Shown here piece by piece: positions 27,128 to 41,002 of a stretch of DNA of 64,000 bases. A model generated the notes under the pieces. It had not been told where the DNA came from. It did not search any database and was given only the letters and a program-made list of their open reading frames with translations. The DNA comes from Camelus dromedarius (Eukaryota). The position numbers and the translations under genes are program-made. Position 1 is the stretch's first letter; every line of letters begins with the position of its first letter. The stretch covers positions 12,090,001 to 12,154,000 of the forward strand of contig NC_087436.1 in NCBI RefSeq assembly GCF_036321535.1, in the 5' to 3' direction.

Positions 27128-29004
27128 ACATAAGCAATGACGCTAGGATAATTCAAGAACTCATTCAAGAATGTCCAACTAGAGTGGGGAAAAATTACTG
27201 TAAGAGCATTAAATTATTGGAAGGATAGAGAACAAATAATATTGAAAGAAAAAAAGAACTATATGAACAATTTTATGTTTGGTCCTTGTCCAGGGAAAGC
27301 AAACATAATGTCGAATTTTGTTATTCTTATTTTACAAATTGAACAATAGAAAATGAGAATTTGACTCAATAATATGAAATGATTTAATAGTTATTAAGAC
27401 TCTTGACTTGTATGTTTGATCTTTATTTGTTTTGTTTCTTGCCTGGTATGAAATACACATACATGCACATGCCATATATACAGACATACAAATATAAATA
27501 TAGCAACAATATGAAATCCAACTGCTGTGGAGGAACATAATAAAACTGAAGAGAGTTTAATTAATTCTCCCCCATGAATATTACTAACAGAATACTATGA
27601 AAGAATAATTCCTAAGCTTAGTGCTTTTTGTCACATTTGTATTTACTTAGGCAAAGTGTTTCTTACTTAACCTCCATTTCAGGAACAGAAAGCCTCCTGT
27701 AGCCTTAGGGTTACTTTTCTCTCACTCCAGAAAGATCTCCAAATATTTAGCATTTAGAAAGATTCTGACTAAAATGTTAGGTAATTATTGCAGTTTTCTC
27801 AAAAAGTTTTAACATTTACAAAGTTCTTTAATGTACAAGTATTAAGTAGAATGGTTTGAAGTTTAGTAGAGATATGAAAAAAGATTACACATTATGAACA
27901 CAAGAGAATTGAAGGATTCGATGGATTTAAGACTCTTTTGCAAAAAAAACTACAATTCTTATTTATTGAACTCTATATTCTCTTATTTTTCACATGTTGC
28001 TATTTGATTCGCTTCTTTTAATTCGATAATACAAATAAATGCAAAATAAGGCTTGTAGATTATCCCGATAATTCAATTGCACAGAACTTTCTCTTATTTC
28101 ATACTTTATTTCTTTATCATTATTTATTTGATGGACATCCATTTGTATAGTATATTTTTTGGAAAACGTGGTCATTTGGGGATAACAGTACTTTCCTGGA
28201 ATATATTAGGCTTAGGCACTGCTTTTGCGGGCTGCTAGAAAATGAAACAATTAGCAAGAAAACGATTTAAGTTATTTTTTCCCACAGTGACTTCTTGTAT
28301 CTAAAACATGGCCCATACGCACACACTGCACTCCTCCTAGCTGACCATGCTACAGGGCATGTATTATCATACTATGGGCTTGTGAGAGTGTGTGCTAATG
28401 AGCAAGTGTGCAATGCAGTCATTACGTGAGCACGTAAGAGTGGCACGGAGAGATTCAGTCCTACTTCCCTACTTCGTAGCAGTCTGTATTTAAAATAGGT
28501 GTGCACGTGTGTGTCATTGTCATCATTATTTTCTCACAGTTGATAGCAGAACATTGTCTGAAAAGCACTTTTATTTTTAGCTTATTTAAATCAAAGTCGT
28601 TATCTTTTCTTTGGGCAAATTTTTACCTCCCTCACAATTGACATATTGACTTGACATTTCATAGACAAACTATTATTTGAAGCAAATAATGTAGCATTCT
28701 TAGGAGAAACATTTTTGTAAATTTAAAGATATTTGGACTTTTTCACATTCTAAAAACAGAATTGTCTTTGTGTAGACTGGTCAGGCATTTAATACTATTT
28801 TTGATGATTATTTCTAAAAGTTATAATCATTTGAAAATACATCTTCTATGGAAATTATATGGAAAACTTTATCCTATTATATACACTGTCACTGTTAAAT
28901 AATATGCTTTACAATAATGATAATAATAATGAAAAATAATAATGATTCCTTATTGACTTGAGTCAGCTTTCCACAGTGGTAGAGGAGTGGGAAAGGGTCC
29001 AAGA

Positions 29005-29130
29005 GCTAACTTTTTATAGGTGAGGGGATGGAAGCCAGAGAGAGTGAATAGTTTGCCGTGGTCATGGAAGGTATTATGTAAAGTAGCTATGATTCTAACA
29101 TGGATCTCTTTGATGCTAAAATCCATGCTA
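29005..29130 (-). mobile_element. MIR fragment
   Basis: ttttataggtgaggggatggaagccagagagagtgaatagtttgccgtggtca, MIR core in reverse orientation. Confidence 0.65.
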
Positions 29131-29729
29131 TGATAACTGAGATAACCTGGCTTTGGATATTACCATGTTTTAACCTCTTAGGGAATATGTTCGTATGTAA
29201 TCAAGTTGGCCAGGTCATGAATTGGGTTTAGGAGGCATTTGTCACTTTACAACTTTGATGCACTTGATTTAATTCAAGCATGTAGTGTTCCTTCTATGCA
29301 CTCGACACCAAGATTGCCTTTTTGCACAACTCCAGAGGCCACCATTTACATTGTATTCTATGTCATGTGGATCCCCGGGAATACATGCCTCAGCACTGCT
29401 AACGACCTCGTGAAAGATACAGAAAATTACAGCAATACTTGTTTAGAGGTGCTTCTGATCTTAGTTTGTGTGTAGTTCTTCCACAAATAAACAGCTTGCA
29501 GACAATTAAAAACAATACAAAAAAATTTAATTGTGAATTAAACATATGGTAAAGGCACAGCTTTTAGCAAATTGTAGAGCATTTAAAGTTTTTCTCTGGT
29601 GGCTTCCCATTCTTCCTTTTCTTTATTTGCCCTGCATGGACACCCCTGATGTGTCATCACACTGGCCTCCACAATGGTTCGTCATTCCTCTTGCCTATGG
29701 GATTCCTTTAAAATTCTCTCTTTATCTAG

Positions 29730-30128
29730 TTTTTTCAGGGAGGAGGAATGCACATAATTGGGAGGGAATAATTTCTGATTTACCCAAAAGACTGGAAGAC
29801 TCCTCCTTTCCAGGAGTGTCTGAATATCAAGAAGCATGATCCAAAGTAACAAATCTCCAAAAATTAAACAGGAAGTAACTTGATTACTGAATTGAAGGAC
29901 ATGTGTCTTTGTAGGAGGTCCTTTGCTTGGGTCCCACATATAAACATGAAAGCCAGACATTGTCTGGTTCCCACAAGATGTGATGGCACATCTTTGCTGT
30001 GAATTGGTTTTATGCATAGCTTATGATTTCAGTGCCCTCAGTCCTCAGAGAGGGCAGAGGTTTTGTGTGCCCAGGCTAGTGAACCTCTAGCCACAATAAA
30101 CTTCATCTGGTTTAGCTCCATGAGCCAC
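29730..30128 (+). mobile_element. Possible ancient solo LTR (family uncertain)
   Basis: TATAAA at ~29941, AATAAA at ~30095 and a ...gccaca end. LTR-like layout only; family not recognised. Confidence 0.35.
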
Positions 30129-30157
30129 ATAAATGTGTTCAATATGAGCCATGATGT

Positions 30158-30895
30158 ATTTTTTAAATTATGGTAAAAAATATATAACATACAATTTACC
30201 ATTTTAACCATATTTAACTATAGTGTTCAGTGGCGTTAATTATATTCATTTTATTGAATGTATTTACTCTCCTCTTCTCCAGCTTCTGGCAACTATCATT
30301 CTGCTTTCTGTCTGTACGAGTTTGAACTTGGGTATTCTAGGTACATCAGACATGTTGAATCAGACCTTATTTGTCTTTTTGTGTCTGGCTTATTTCACTT
30401 GGCATAATGTCTTCTAGGTTCATCCATTTTGTGGCATATGTCAGAATTTCATTTCTTTTTGTGGCTGAATAACGATCCATTGCGTGTATATGCCAAGGTT
30501 TGTTTATCTGTTCATCCCTATACGGACATTTTGGCTGCTTTCACCTTTTGAAAATAGTGAATAATCCTGACAAGAGCTTTGGTGTACAGACATCTGTTCA
30601 GGTCCCTGCTTTTGATTCTTTTAGCTATATACTCAAAAGCGGGATTATTGAACCATATGGCATTTCTTTGTTTAATTTTTTTGAGGAATCACCATTTTTG
30701 TTTCATTAGTGGCAGAACCATTTTTACATTCTCATCAGCAATGTACAAGGATTCTAATTTCTTCACATCCTCACCAACATGTGTTACTCTCTGGGTTTTT
30801 CCCAGCTTTATTAAGGTATAATTGTTATACAACAAAACTGCACTAGTTAATGTGTACAATTTTGTAAGTTTGGACATATGTATACACTTGTGTTA
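30158..30895 (-). mobile_element. L1MB-like 3' end plus adjacent second L1M 3' fragment (~30795-30895)
   Basis: ttaaattatggtaaaaaatatataacatacaatttaccattttaacc...tctggcttatttcacttggcataatgtcttctaggttcatccat; second tail ctttattaaggtataattg. Confidence 0.85.
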
Positions 30896-31117
30896 TCGTT
30901 TGAGCCCTGAATCATAAAATTGTTGGAAAGCACAGGATTACTCTAGACGTGTATTAGGATCAACCTTAATGATATGGCAGTGGTCAGGGGAAAAGGAGAG
31001 AAATGGTTGTAGTTCTGGATAAGCTTCCTAAGAAGAACTTTGAGCTTGATCTTGAAGACTATGTTGAATCTCAGAGGCAACAGAGGAGGAAAACGCTCTT
31101 CTGGGAGTTAGGAAGGA

Positions 31118-31265
31118 GTAGGCTGGCAAACTTCTTAAATGAACAACGAGTAAATATTGTAGGCTTACACGCAATACTGTCACAACTGCAGCTCAAAAGC
31201 AATCTAGACAATACGTGAATGAAAAGGTGTGCCTGGATTTATTGGCTATAGTTTGCTGACTCCTG
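31118..31265 (+). mobile_element. MER58A-like hAT-Charlie MITE, internally deleted
   Basis: ggctggcaaactt...agtaaatattgtaggctt...tagacaatacgt...ggctatagtttgctgactcctg, with recognisable terminal inverted repeats. Confidence 0.75.
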
Positions 31266-32348
31266 CTGAGGTCTTTAGCACCATAAATGATCAATTATTA
31301 TGTTTTTTTAATATTTGTGTGTATAAAAAATGTATTTTTCCTTTAAGTGTTACATATAATATATATGTATATCTTTAGAGAAAGCTCATTTATTGTACTA
31401 TTAAAATCTGAAATATTTTCACAAAATAATTTTTATTGCTTACTGTGACAATTACTGAGAGAGATCTTTGGTATTTCACTATGATGGTTGCTTTGTCAAG
31501 TTTCTCTTTCACTTTTGTTAATTTTTTGTTTTTAAAAATTAGAATAGCTTTATTCCTTATAAATTAAAATAGCTTTATTCCTTCTAAATTAAATATTTTA
31601 TATAGGTATGTATGTCTAGTAATGTTTTTTGTCTTAAAGTCCAATTAGTGTTATATTAATATTGTATCAAGGGTTCTTTTTTCAGTATTTACTTATTCTA
31701 TCTTTTTTCCATATTTAAACAATAATCAAAAGTAAAACAAAAAAGAAAATGGGCAAATATATATTCTTTATGTATTACTCTTATAGCTGTTTTTTAATCT
31801 TTTTCACAATTTTATTGAGATATAATTGACAAAAACTGTAGAGATGTTACAACATGATGATAATGCTTATTTTATTTTCTCCTTAACTTCTTTTGGATTC
31901 TTTTTTCTCCTTGCTACTTTTTAATCCCTCTAGTAGTTTGAAAGTTTGAATTTATTTTTATTCCTTTCAGGGCTTATTATACAATTTCACATACATACAT
32001 TTAAAAAGTTTAATTTTACCCTATTTTTAGATTATGCAAGGACTTTAGAGGTTTGACTCTCACTACTCCCTTCCATCACACATGCTAGTCTTGTCCATAT
32101 TTAATCCTACACATCATTAAATTAGGCATTATTATCAAGTTTTATGTAGAAATTTTCATCCAACAATTTACTTCCATGTTTATCATTCCTTATGCATTTC
32201 AGGTCTTCTCCGTGAGATTTATTTTCTTAGAGTTATCCTAAAAGCGTCTTTTAATAAGACTCTCCTGGTATCAACTTGCGTCTGTTTGTTTGATGTGGTT
32301 TCATTATACTCATTATTGAAAGGCAATTTCACTATTCGATCAACAATT

Positions 32349-32628
32349 GAAATGTCTCAGGCCTTTTGAAAGACAGTAGGAGCCCTCCCCACCCCTGCCT
32401 CTTTGGGTCCCAGAAGAGCAGGCTCACGCAGCGGATTAGGACAAGCCTGCAGGCACTGCCCTGGGGGATGGGATGACTCTGACCACCTACCTCAATGATT
32501 AGCTGAGATTATTCCTTCATTTCCCTTTCAAACTTTCAGGGCTGCACAGAATCTTTGGAGATTTTTGGGGGCGGTGATGCTGGGTCCACTAGATTGCAGG
32601 CATTCTGATTAAAAACAACTTTTCTTTT
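32349..32628 (+). mobile_element. ERV-type LTR fragment
   Basis: GC-richer block starting tg, ATTAAA at 32608-32613, abruptly joined to the next LTR. Confidence 0.5.
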
Positions 32629-33221
32629 TGCTACTGAGGCTGTTGCCCCCAGGATCATATCCTTGCCCCTCCCTCAAATAGAAACCCAGTTGCTTTTATC
32701 TAAGTCTCAGGAGGGGAGGAGGAGAAATAAGAACTGGTTAGAATCCAGTCCAAAATGGCAGAGGGCTTGCGTTCCAGTGGACCGTGAGCCTCATTATATG
32801 CTCACTGTAATGTATTGGCTGCAAAATGATACACCATGACAGTTGACAATTGCCATGACAACCACCTGAAAAGCCCATACGAGGACTGGAAAACTTAAAC
32901 AAGGACTGGTCGGCCCCAGCACACTCGGAGGAGGAAATGATGACAGAAGCCTCCCACAGAAGTCCACGTGGTCCGACTTGGGCAGGCACTGTCTCTACTG
33001 AACATCTTGGCTGACAGCTGCCCTCTCCGGCACCATTTCCTTGCTTGAATGTTCTTCTTGCCTTCTCCCGGCATGAGCACCTTATCTCCGTTTCTTCGGA
33101 GCAATAAAGCAGCCGTTCACTTTGTCCCTCTGCCTCTGCTGTGTGAATTCTTTCTTAGGAGGTGGCAAGGACCCATACTTTGGTGAGCTTCTTAACTTAG
33201 GGTTCCCTCCATCTGCTAACA
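32629..33221 (+). mobile_element. ERV1 solo LTR, MER41-like
   Basis: TG...CA termini (tgctact...gctaaca), AATAAA at 33103-33108. caccatgacagttgacaattgccatgacaac resembles the MER41 core. Confidence 0.7.
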
Positions 33222-33593
33222 CTTTGAGGATATTATTACATGATCTTCTGATGTTAGTAGTTGCTGAGGAGACAGATATCAGCCTAAATATTATTTCTCT
33301 GCAGGTAATTGGCTATTCACCTCTGGCACCTCTTAAGATCCTTTCTTTGTCTTTGGTGTTTTGCAGTTTACTGTCATATGCCTAAGTATGTGTTTGTTTA
33401 AATGTGCTGGTCTTTCTGAAACTAAATCTGTTGTCTTTCAACAAGTTGGGAAACCCCTCTGTCATTAGCACTTCAAGATTGCCTTTCTTTTCTCTCTTTA
33501 CTTTATCCTCCATGTCTTTTTAAACTACATTTCATGTTTCCTATTTCTTTGTCTCTTTATGCCACATTCTAAACAATTTCTTCATATTTATCT

Positions 33594-34100
33594 TGTCGAC
33601 TGAAATAAAATCACAGAATATGAGAGTTGTGGGTTAAGTTTTATTTGGGTCAAAATGAGGACTATAGCTCGGGAGACAGCTCCTCAGATAGCTCTGAGGA
33701 ATTGTTCCAAAGAGGCAGGGGGAGAACCCAGTATTACATATGATTTCAGTGAAGGGAGGTACATGGAGTCAAGTACATATTTAGGCAGAGGCTTCCTGTT
33801 AGTCATGAGGAGCAGATGTGGCCAGTAATGATTTTAGTGCTTTTCTAAATATGAGAAGACGCAAGAACTGGGCTCACAAAATCTTCTCCTGGAAATACCT
33901 AACTATCTGAAGGCGTGTTCAGCCAGTTTTCCCAGAGCACAGAGCACCTCATTCCTGATCTCCACCCTGAGTTTTCAGGGTGTGTTGAGTGTCAGTGGCT
34001 GCAGCGGCTCGTGATTGAATCCAAGCAGAGGTAGATGGCAAGTGCCAATGTGATCCAATCCTTGTAGAGGCAGATGGCAAGTGCCAATTTTTAGTTAGAA
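33594..34100 (-). mobile_element. ERV1-type solo LTR with 4-bp TSD (atct)
   Basis: Left end tgtcgac; atct at 33590-33593 and 34101-34104; minus-strand AATAAA (tttatt ~33640); internal 39-bp tandem duplication. Confidence 0.85.
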
Positions 34101-34980
34101 ATCTTCTAGTTTGCTAATTATCTTTTTGCTACTGTGTAATCTGCTTTTAAAGTAAGGGGTAATTAAAATTTTTAGTTATTATAGTTTTATTTTTCCCAAG
34201 CTGCTTGCTCCATTTTCATAGTTTTTGTTCAATACTTGTATATATTTTCAGTGTCTTTTTAACTATTTAAACATAGTAGATACTACTATTTTATATTATT
34301 ATCTGGTTACTGCAGTACCTGAAGTTTCTAAAACCTGTGTCTTTCATCTTTTGTTTCTGTTGCTTCTTTGGAAATTTTGTAATACTCTACTGTGAGCTCA
34401 CATGTTTTGAGACTTTGTTTGTGGGAATTAAGACCTTGTCTGAAAATGTTTTTCCTGAGAATATTGTATTTATATCAAGTATTTGAGGGTACTTTCAGCC
34501 CAAGAGTGAATAAATTCTCAGTTTGAAGCTTTGAAGACTTGCTAGTGCATTCTGGCCACAAAGCCAGGTGATACTCAGTTTATAGTTTTTAATTATCAGG
34601 ATGTTCTTTCTTTTTGCCCAGATAAGACAGGCAAGTCTTCTTGCTATGTTATTTCTGTTCTTAGCTTTATTTTTGGATTTCGTTCATACCAAGGGCATAA
34701 CTCTGCATTCCTCACTCTAGTTAGGTGTTTCTCTTAGCCCTCCCACCACCCTGGAAAGTCTGTAGACTTTGTTTTCTTAGCTTTGGACACATTTAATCTG
34801 CCTGAAAACCTTGAAGTTTTGGTGAATGCCCTCAGGTTAGAAACTACCTTCAGTGCTAGCTTACCTTTCTGGATTCCTGCCCTTACCTCATTTTTGTCCT
34901 CTTAGATTTCCTTTCTTTTTGTTGGCTTAGCAATGAATTTAAAATACTTTAAAAATGTTTGCCACAAACATCACTTATGC

Positions 34981-35204
<224 letters not shown>

Positions 35205-36516
35205 TACTAGAGGCAAATTTCCATTCCAGAGAAGAATTTAACCACCCAGAGAAGCAAAATGATGAAGTACCAAAGGAAAATGTGTTTGGTTGTTGTTACT
35301 ATGGCTATGCCTGTGAAATATCAAGTGTGCAATCTGTCCCATTTCGCAGCGGAGGAATATCCTGCAGGAGAGTGGCATTGGTCTGCTTCTCCGAGCATTC
35401 TTTGTTGCACCCATGAGACTCACATGATTTGTCTATCATTGCTCTCCTATCTTGTCCCTGGGGCACATCTCTGGGAGCCACGACAAAGCCTGTTTCCCCT
35501 CTACTCCCCACCATCCCCACCTCCCCATCAGCCCTGCACTGTTAGGTCTGCCAAGGTGGAGGAAGGATGGGGGTGGGGGTGGAGGTGGAGATGCTAATAG
35601 TCCCATGGAAGTTTTAAGCCTCTGTATTGTATTCATTATTTAGAGTTAATGTTCCTCCCTACCTCCCCCAACCCCCATACTCTCTCAGACCTCTAGCTCC
35701 AAGAATTATTCTCTTGCCTAGATCTCAATTGAAACCCGTTTTAGTGGCTCTAATCCAGCCAGAGGAACACATGCTGCTTAAAACAAACAAACAGAAACTA
35801 ACACAATCCTTATTTCTGTTTCCCAAGATGGCCTATAATTTTTATAGTGGCAATTATTTACACTGAAATAGGAAAGGAATGTAGCGACGTGTGCACCAAT
35901 GTACATTCGCTCCCTGTTTCTTCCTGTTTTCAGTTTCAGTTTTATGAGATACGCACTGTTTGATAAATGAGCCATATTTATTGTTAATTTTTTTAACCCT
36001 AACTATCAATTTTAGGTGCTTTTGCTGACGAAGTTTTCAGGAACTCTAATTCTCCCAATTGTGAGAATTGGAGGTCTCTTTTTAAGTTTTTCTCAAAATA
36101 ATGGTAATGATCTCCCCAAAAGACTGACTCCCCCAAATGTGATTGTGGTAAACACCTTGACTTATATTTACCAGGAACCTAGCAGTTGGCAAATAATAAA
36201 GATGCTATTCCTGAAAGCACTGACTCAGAGAAGTTAACTTGGTAGTTTTTCCAATTACTTGGCAATTCATCATGACTTAGAAAAGCCCTGATAAATTCAG
36301 TCCGGTGGGGGCCTCATTGTATTTCTGAGGTTCCCATCAGAAACAATAAGCCTTGAAACTAGTTGGGAACTCCAAGGAGGCAGAATTGTCTAATAGCAAA
36401 CATAGTGTGGGCTAAGAAGCAGGGAAAGTTAAAATCAGTTTACCTTCATTTCTTCATTTGTTCCACAGACTTGTTACAAGGAGCAAGCAAAAGAATCAAT
36501 TAGAAACATTCCGAAA

Positions 36517-36638
36517 GGGGAGAGAGCATAGCTCAAGTGGCAGAGCACCTGTGTGGCATGCACAGGGTCCTGAGCTCATCCCCAGGACAGTCTCCAATAA
36601 TGAATAAATAAATCAATTACCTCCTCCCAAGAAATAAA
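36517..36638 (+). mobile_element. vic-1-type camelid SINE, diverged
   Basis: ggggagagagcatagctcaagtggcagagc...gcatgcacagggtcctg...aataaataaatcaattacctcc; degenerate TSD tagaaaca..gaaag. Confidence 0.88.
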
Positions 36639-39600
36639 TAGAAACACACTGGAAAGGGAAAAAATGCCGTGGACATGCAAAATAACACAAGACTTGTTAG
36701 AATTGTAAGTGGAATCCTTTGAGACTTTCCTCCCAGCTTCATTGTCCTGGAGACTTAAGCCACTGTAGGTACCCGAGGAATTCGGCGAGCGCCAGGGTGA
36801 CTGGGCACCCAGCCAGGGCGACAGCTCCCCCTCACAGCCTGAAGTGCTTCCAATCTTCCTGGCTTTTTTTTTTTGTTGCCCTTCCTGGTGAACTGGGAGT
36901 GTTAGGTGGATAAGTTTAAGAGTTAGTTCCTAAAAATGCTTTTTGAAAAAAAAAGGAATGGCTATCATTTTTTTCCCCTACAAATGGAATAGATTCATTT
37001 TAATGCCCTTTTTTATCCATTCTTTTCCCATGATTGTCCAAGATGGTCCTCTAACAAGCATGTGACAAAAGCCTTTCCAGGGCACTTCTCAGACAATTGC
37101 CACTTAAAGATTCCAGATTTTGGTTAAAAACTGTGGTTTGCACAGCAGAAACATTCCACGAGCCAGTAGTCCTGTTTTTATTCGGTTACTGCATACATGG
37201 ATATAGAAAGGAGAAAGAACATGGGCTGAGGAAGAGGATGCTTTCCCAATAGTGAGGAAATTGCCAATAATTCACCAAGGCGGAGCCTCAGAAAGTTGAA
37301 AAGGTCACTCTCCCAGCTGTGACAACAGTAGGTATTTGTTTTATACAGGAGTTATGCTCAGTGTTATCTGTGATATGCTACCTGTATAAATCATTTTGAC
37401 CTGTGTTACTTCTTAAATAAAATTATCTGCTTTACAGTTGCTTCCTATCATGATGTCATCAATATTTATATCATTGTCTTATGTTAAAATTCCAGTGTGA
37501 TTTTAAGAGACTGTTTTTGAAACTAGAATTTTTGCTTGCAATATTTTGATGTGATATGTGAATTTTAGGGCAAAGCTGAAGGGCTTATGAAGTCAGATTT
37601 TGTCTAGGAGAATTCAACTCATGTGCATTGAATAGAAATAGATGATTTCCAAGGCTGCTGTAGTTATTATTAAAGTATTAAAATATTAATTCAATTATGA
37701 ATTAAACTCCTAAAAGTAGCACAGTGAAAAGTTAACCCTAAAAATGCCTTAAAAATCATGTTTGATACAAGTCACTTACTGTGAAGCACAGAATCCCTAC
37801 CATATTTTAGCATCTATGAAGAGACATTAATTTAGAAAAGTTTCTGATTTTTTTTGCCAAATGGTCCTGTTTAAAAAAAGGTGTTTAATATATAGATTTG
37901 ATTATCTTTATTACCAAAAGTGAAACTGAAAAAGAAGAGAGCTCGCCTATAGAAATTATTTTTTCTAGATGGAATCTGTACATTGTTTCTAACGCGTCGT
38001 GAATGAAACATAACTCACAAAGGCCACTTGACCAGCATTTACCACAATAACATACCATGAGACAACTACAAACAAATTTTCTTTCTAGAAGCAGCAAGGT
38101 ATTGCCTCCATTGCTTCTTTCAGAAATAGCTAATGAAAATTGGATAGTCTCTGCAAATGTAAGAATAAACAAGTCAACAGTAATGTTTTCTTCTTCATAC
38201 CATTTGTCTGTGGATCCCTACTCTCCACCTTCTCTTTGTACATTGATTAAGCTATTCCCCTGACCCCAACTGTGAATAATATTCCTCCAGCAAGGATTCT
38301 GGCCAGGTGCCACATTTGTGAGCATCCTCTGACATATTTGAACATACTTCTGCTCTATCAAGCCTTTGAGTTGAATTAATGAGGATAATTGTTTAAATGC
38401 TCACTTTTGTTTGTTTCTTTTCTTTGGTAGATCATTCCCACGTTGTTCATTAGACCCTGAGTGAAAATAATGTGATTTCTGATATGATTGTTTTCTTTCA
38501 CATACTATGGTCAATGTTCTTTGAAGAGTGTAAGTCAAGTGGTACTCTCCAAAGACTTCCTTTGATTTTTTTTTTTTTCTTTCTCACCTTTTTATATCTT
38601 TCTTCCAAGCATACTATGAACTGGCTGAAAATTTGGCCAAGTTTTAATAACATCCAGTGATAACAAGTTTCTATGATCATTGTTGTTCTAGTTCTCTGTT
38701 TCTATTTTGTTTTCAAACCCCCTGCCTTTTAGAAGGAGATTCTATCGCAGTTTAAAATATGCACTTGCATGATGAATGTAGATCTATGTGCTTGAGAAAG
38801 GAATGAAGAGAAATACTAGTGCCAATTAAATATCCACTCTTTGATCTTAATCAGCACAAGACACCCTAAGAAGTCTGAGGGAAAAATGAGAAGAAAAAAA
38901 ATCCATTACCGCTTTTTAGCAGAGTCATTATTTTCTTGTTGAAAATGAGGACTAATTTAGATCATAGCATCTATCTTAGTGTTTCTCCATCGCATTTATT
39001 CTGTTTACTTTGTCCTCAGCAAAACTTATATGTGCAACTTGAAGTAAAGTTGCTTGACAAAAGAATACCAGAAGGAAGAAATCTGGATCACTGATTACAT
39101 GCTACCAGCCTAACCTAAATCTAACAACAAAAGAGATTATTTCTGTTGGTTTTATGTGCTCCAGGTCAGTTTGTGAGGGCAGGCCAAGTAGAAATGAAAT
39201 ATTTATCACTGATTAAAAAAATAGAGTATTTATCTGAAAAACAGAGGCCAAGTGGAAGACTAAAAGGAGCATTATATTTCAAGTGACTGGATTATCAGAC
39301 CAAGTTACGCTGCCCCGTGCTGTGATCAGCAAGAAGATAAGGTCTCTACCATCTGTTCTCTGGAGGTCCTGAGTTTAAATCTCAATGGGAGACTACTCCT
39401 GGATGCCAGGGGAGAGGGAAAGGTAATTTGTGAATTGTGTTTTCTTTATGCCAAAGCAATAATGATTCTTACATACATTTGTTTATAAGAAGGGATAGCA
39501 TTCCACTCATACACTGATATTAAACAGACTACCATTAAATAAAAAAATCAACATCCATTTTAACTTACCATATATGTCTCAGTTTTAGCTTACAATGTTT

Positions 39601-40639
39601 GGGACATACTATACACACAAAAAGGTGTCAACAATATTACCTAATGTTGAGTTTGTCTAACCATTAATGCTGTTGGCTTCTGACATTGTTTAAACTGGAG
39701 TTGGTGGATGAAATTTAAAAGCGTTTAAAAGTTCCATCACATGCAATCCTGTATTTTTTCCTAATTCTGGAAATGGAGTAAATTAAGAGTTCACAATCAG
39801 GTTGAAGTTGCTTTAGTATTAAAACAAAACAAAACAAAAGAAACATACTTTTAGATATATAATTGCATGTTTGAAAATCACCCGGCAGGTGTTAGCATCT
39901 GGTGCTTTGTAAACAGGACTATAATACAGCTGAAGATAACCAGTTGCAGTGGCTGTTACAAGTATTCACAAGGAGAGAAGTCATACATATTTCTCCACAT
40001 TTATCAGGTTTTTTGCATCATGTCTATTTCAATTTCCTATAATTTCTCCTGGTCTCCCATAGAGAGAACGTTTATATTTCAAAAAAGCTTTAATTCTGAA
40101 GGCATTTATAGAAAATATAACATTTTTTTTCTTAAAACACATGTCCTCAAAATACAAAGTTACTTCTCTGTTTCTTCTCCTTTTCCTGCTCACATCCACC
40201 CACGTCTGAGTCTCTCTTACCCTCCATGCTCAAATAGTCACTTCAAAATGAATAAAAGAATTATGTCCAGAAAAACAAATTGGATGTTTTAAGGGAAACA
40301 TTTACTGTCTGTACAATCCAACACGCAAGTCAGCCCCTTACCTAAGGACCAAAAGGAAAGGCTGAGTTTTACCTTCTTCCGGACCCTGCAGCTAACACAG
40401 CATTAATAGCTATTTAGTATGTGACTCCTTGGTGGGAGCCTTCCTTGCCTCCTGCCTGCCTGGTAAGTGCAGACATTCAAAGCCCTTCACAGCCTGGCTT
40501 CTGCCTGTCTCTTCCAGGTTTATTTCTAACTACTTTCATGTACTGCTCCTTAGCCAACCACCCATTATTACTGTAACAAATCATGCTTTTCTTGCCTCTG
40601 TGTTTTTGTTCAAATTTATTCTTCCTAGAACATTCTTGG

Positions 40640-40935
40640 GGCCTTCCTAATAGTTCTGTCAATTGATTTTCTAGCAATTTTTCAAGGTCGAGGCCAAATA
40701 CCTCTTCATTCATGAAGACTTTTCAGGTACCACCACCAGTGAGAAATAATTTCTCCCTTCTCAGTTTTTCATAACTATCTTTTAACAAATACCTTATTGT
40801 AATGATATTAATGTAAACTATACATAACTAGTTACATAAAGGCAAAAGTTATATCCTTCATCTTAACGAATTTTTTTCTCCAAATTACTTTGCATACTCC
40901 ATGATAAAAAGTACTTACTAATTATTGAACTGAAT
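40640..40935 (+). mobile_element. L2 LINE 3' fragment
   Basis: ttcaaggtcgaggccaaatacctcttcattcatgaagacttt... ending tacttactaattattgaactgaat. Confidence 0.55.
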
Positions 40936-41002
40936 CTGCTAAAGACCAGATAGATGTTGCTTATGAAGATCTAAATGCTAAAGCTATATAGAGCAGTCTC
41001 AT

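Larger units (their letters stand above)
31290..34960 (-). mobile_element. Old L1M 5'-region remnant, interrupted by ERV LTRs
   Basis: T-rich strand bias. ORF1-region motifs (actttgaggatattatt...ttgctgagga; cttaagatcctttctttgtctttggtgttttgcagttta) resume after the LTR insertions. Confidence 0.55.

Noticed and set aside
31535..31595. Short tandem duplications (also ~14665-14695, ~24385-24427, ~52055-52120) as array-like structure
   Set aside because: Two or three adjacent AT-rich copies without unique spacers; ordinary slippage duplications, not CRISPR-like.
36770..36830. CpG cluster as a possible CTCF site
   Set aside because: Only the GGCGCT end matches; the CCASYAG core is absent.
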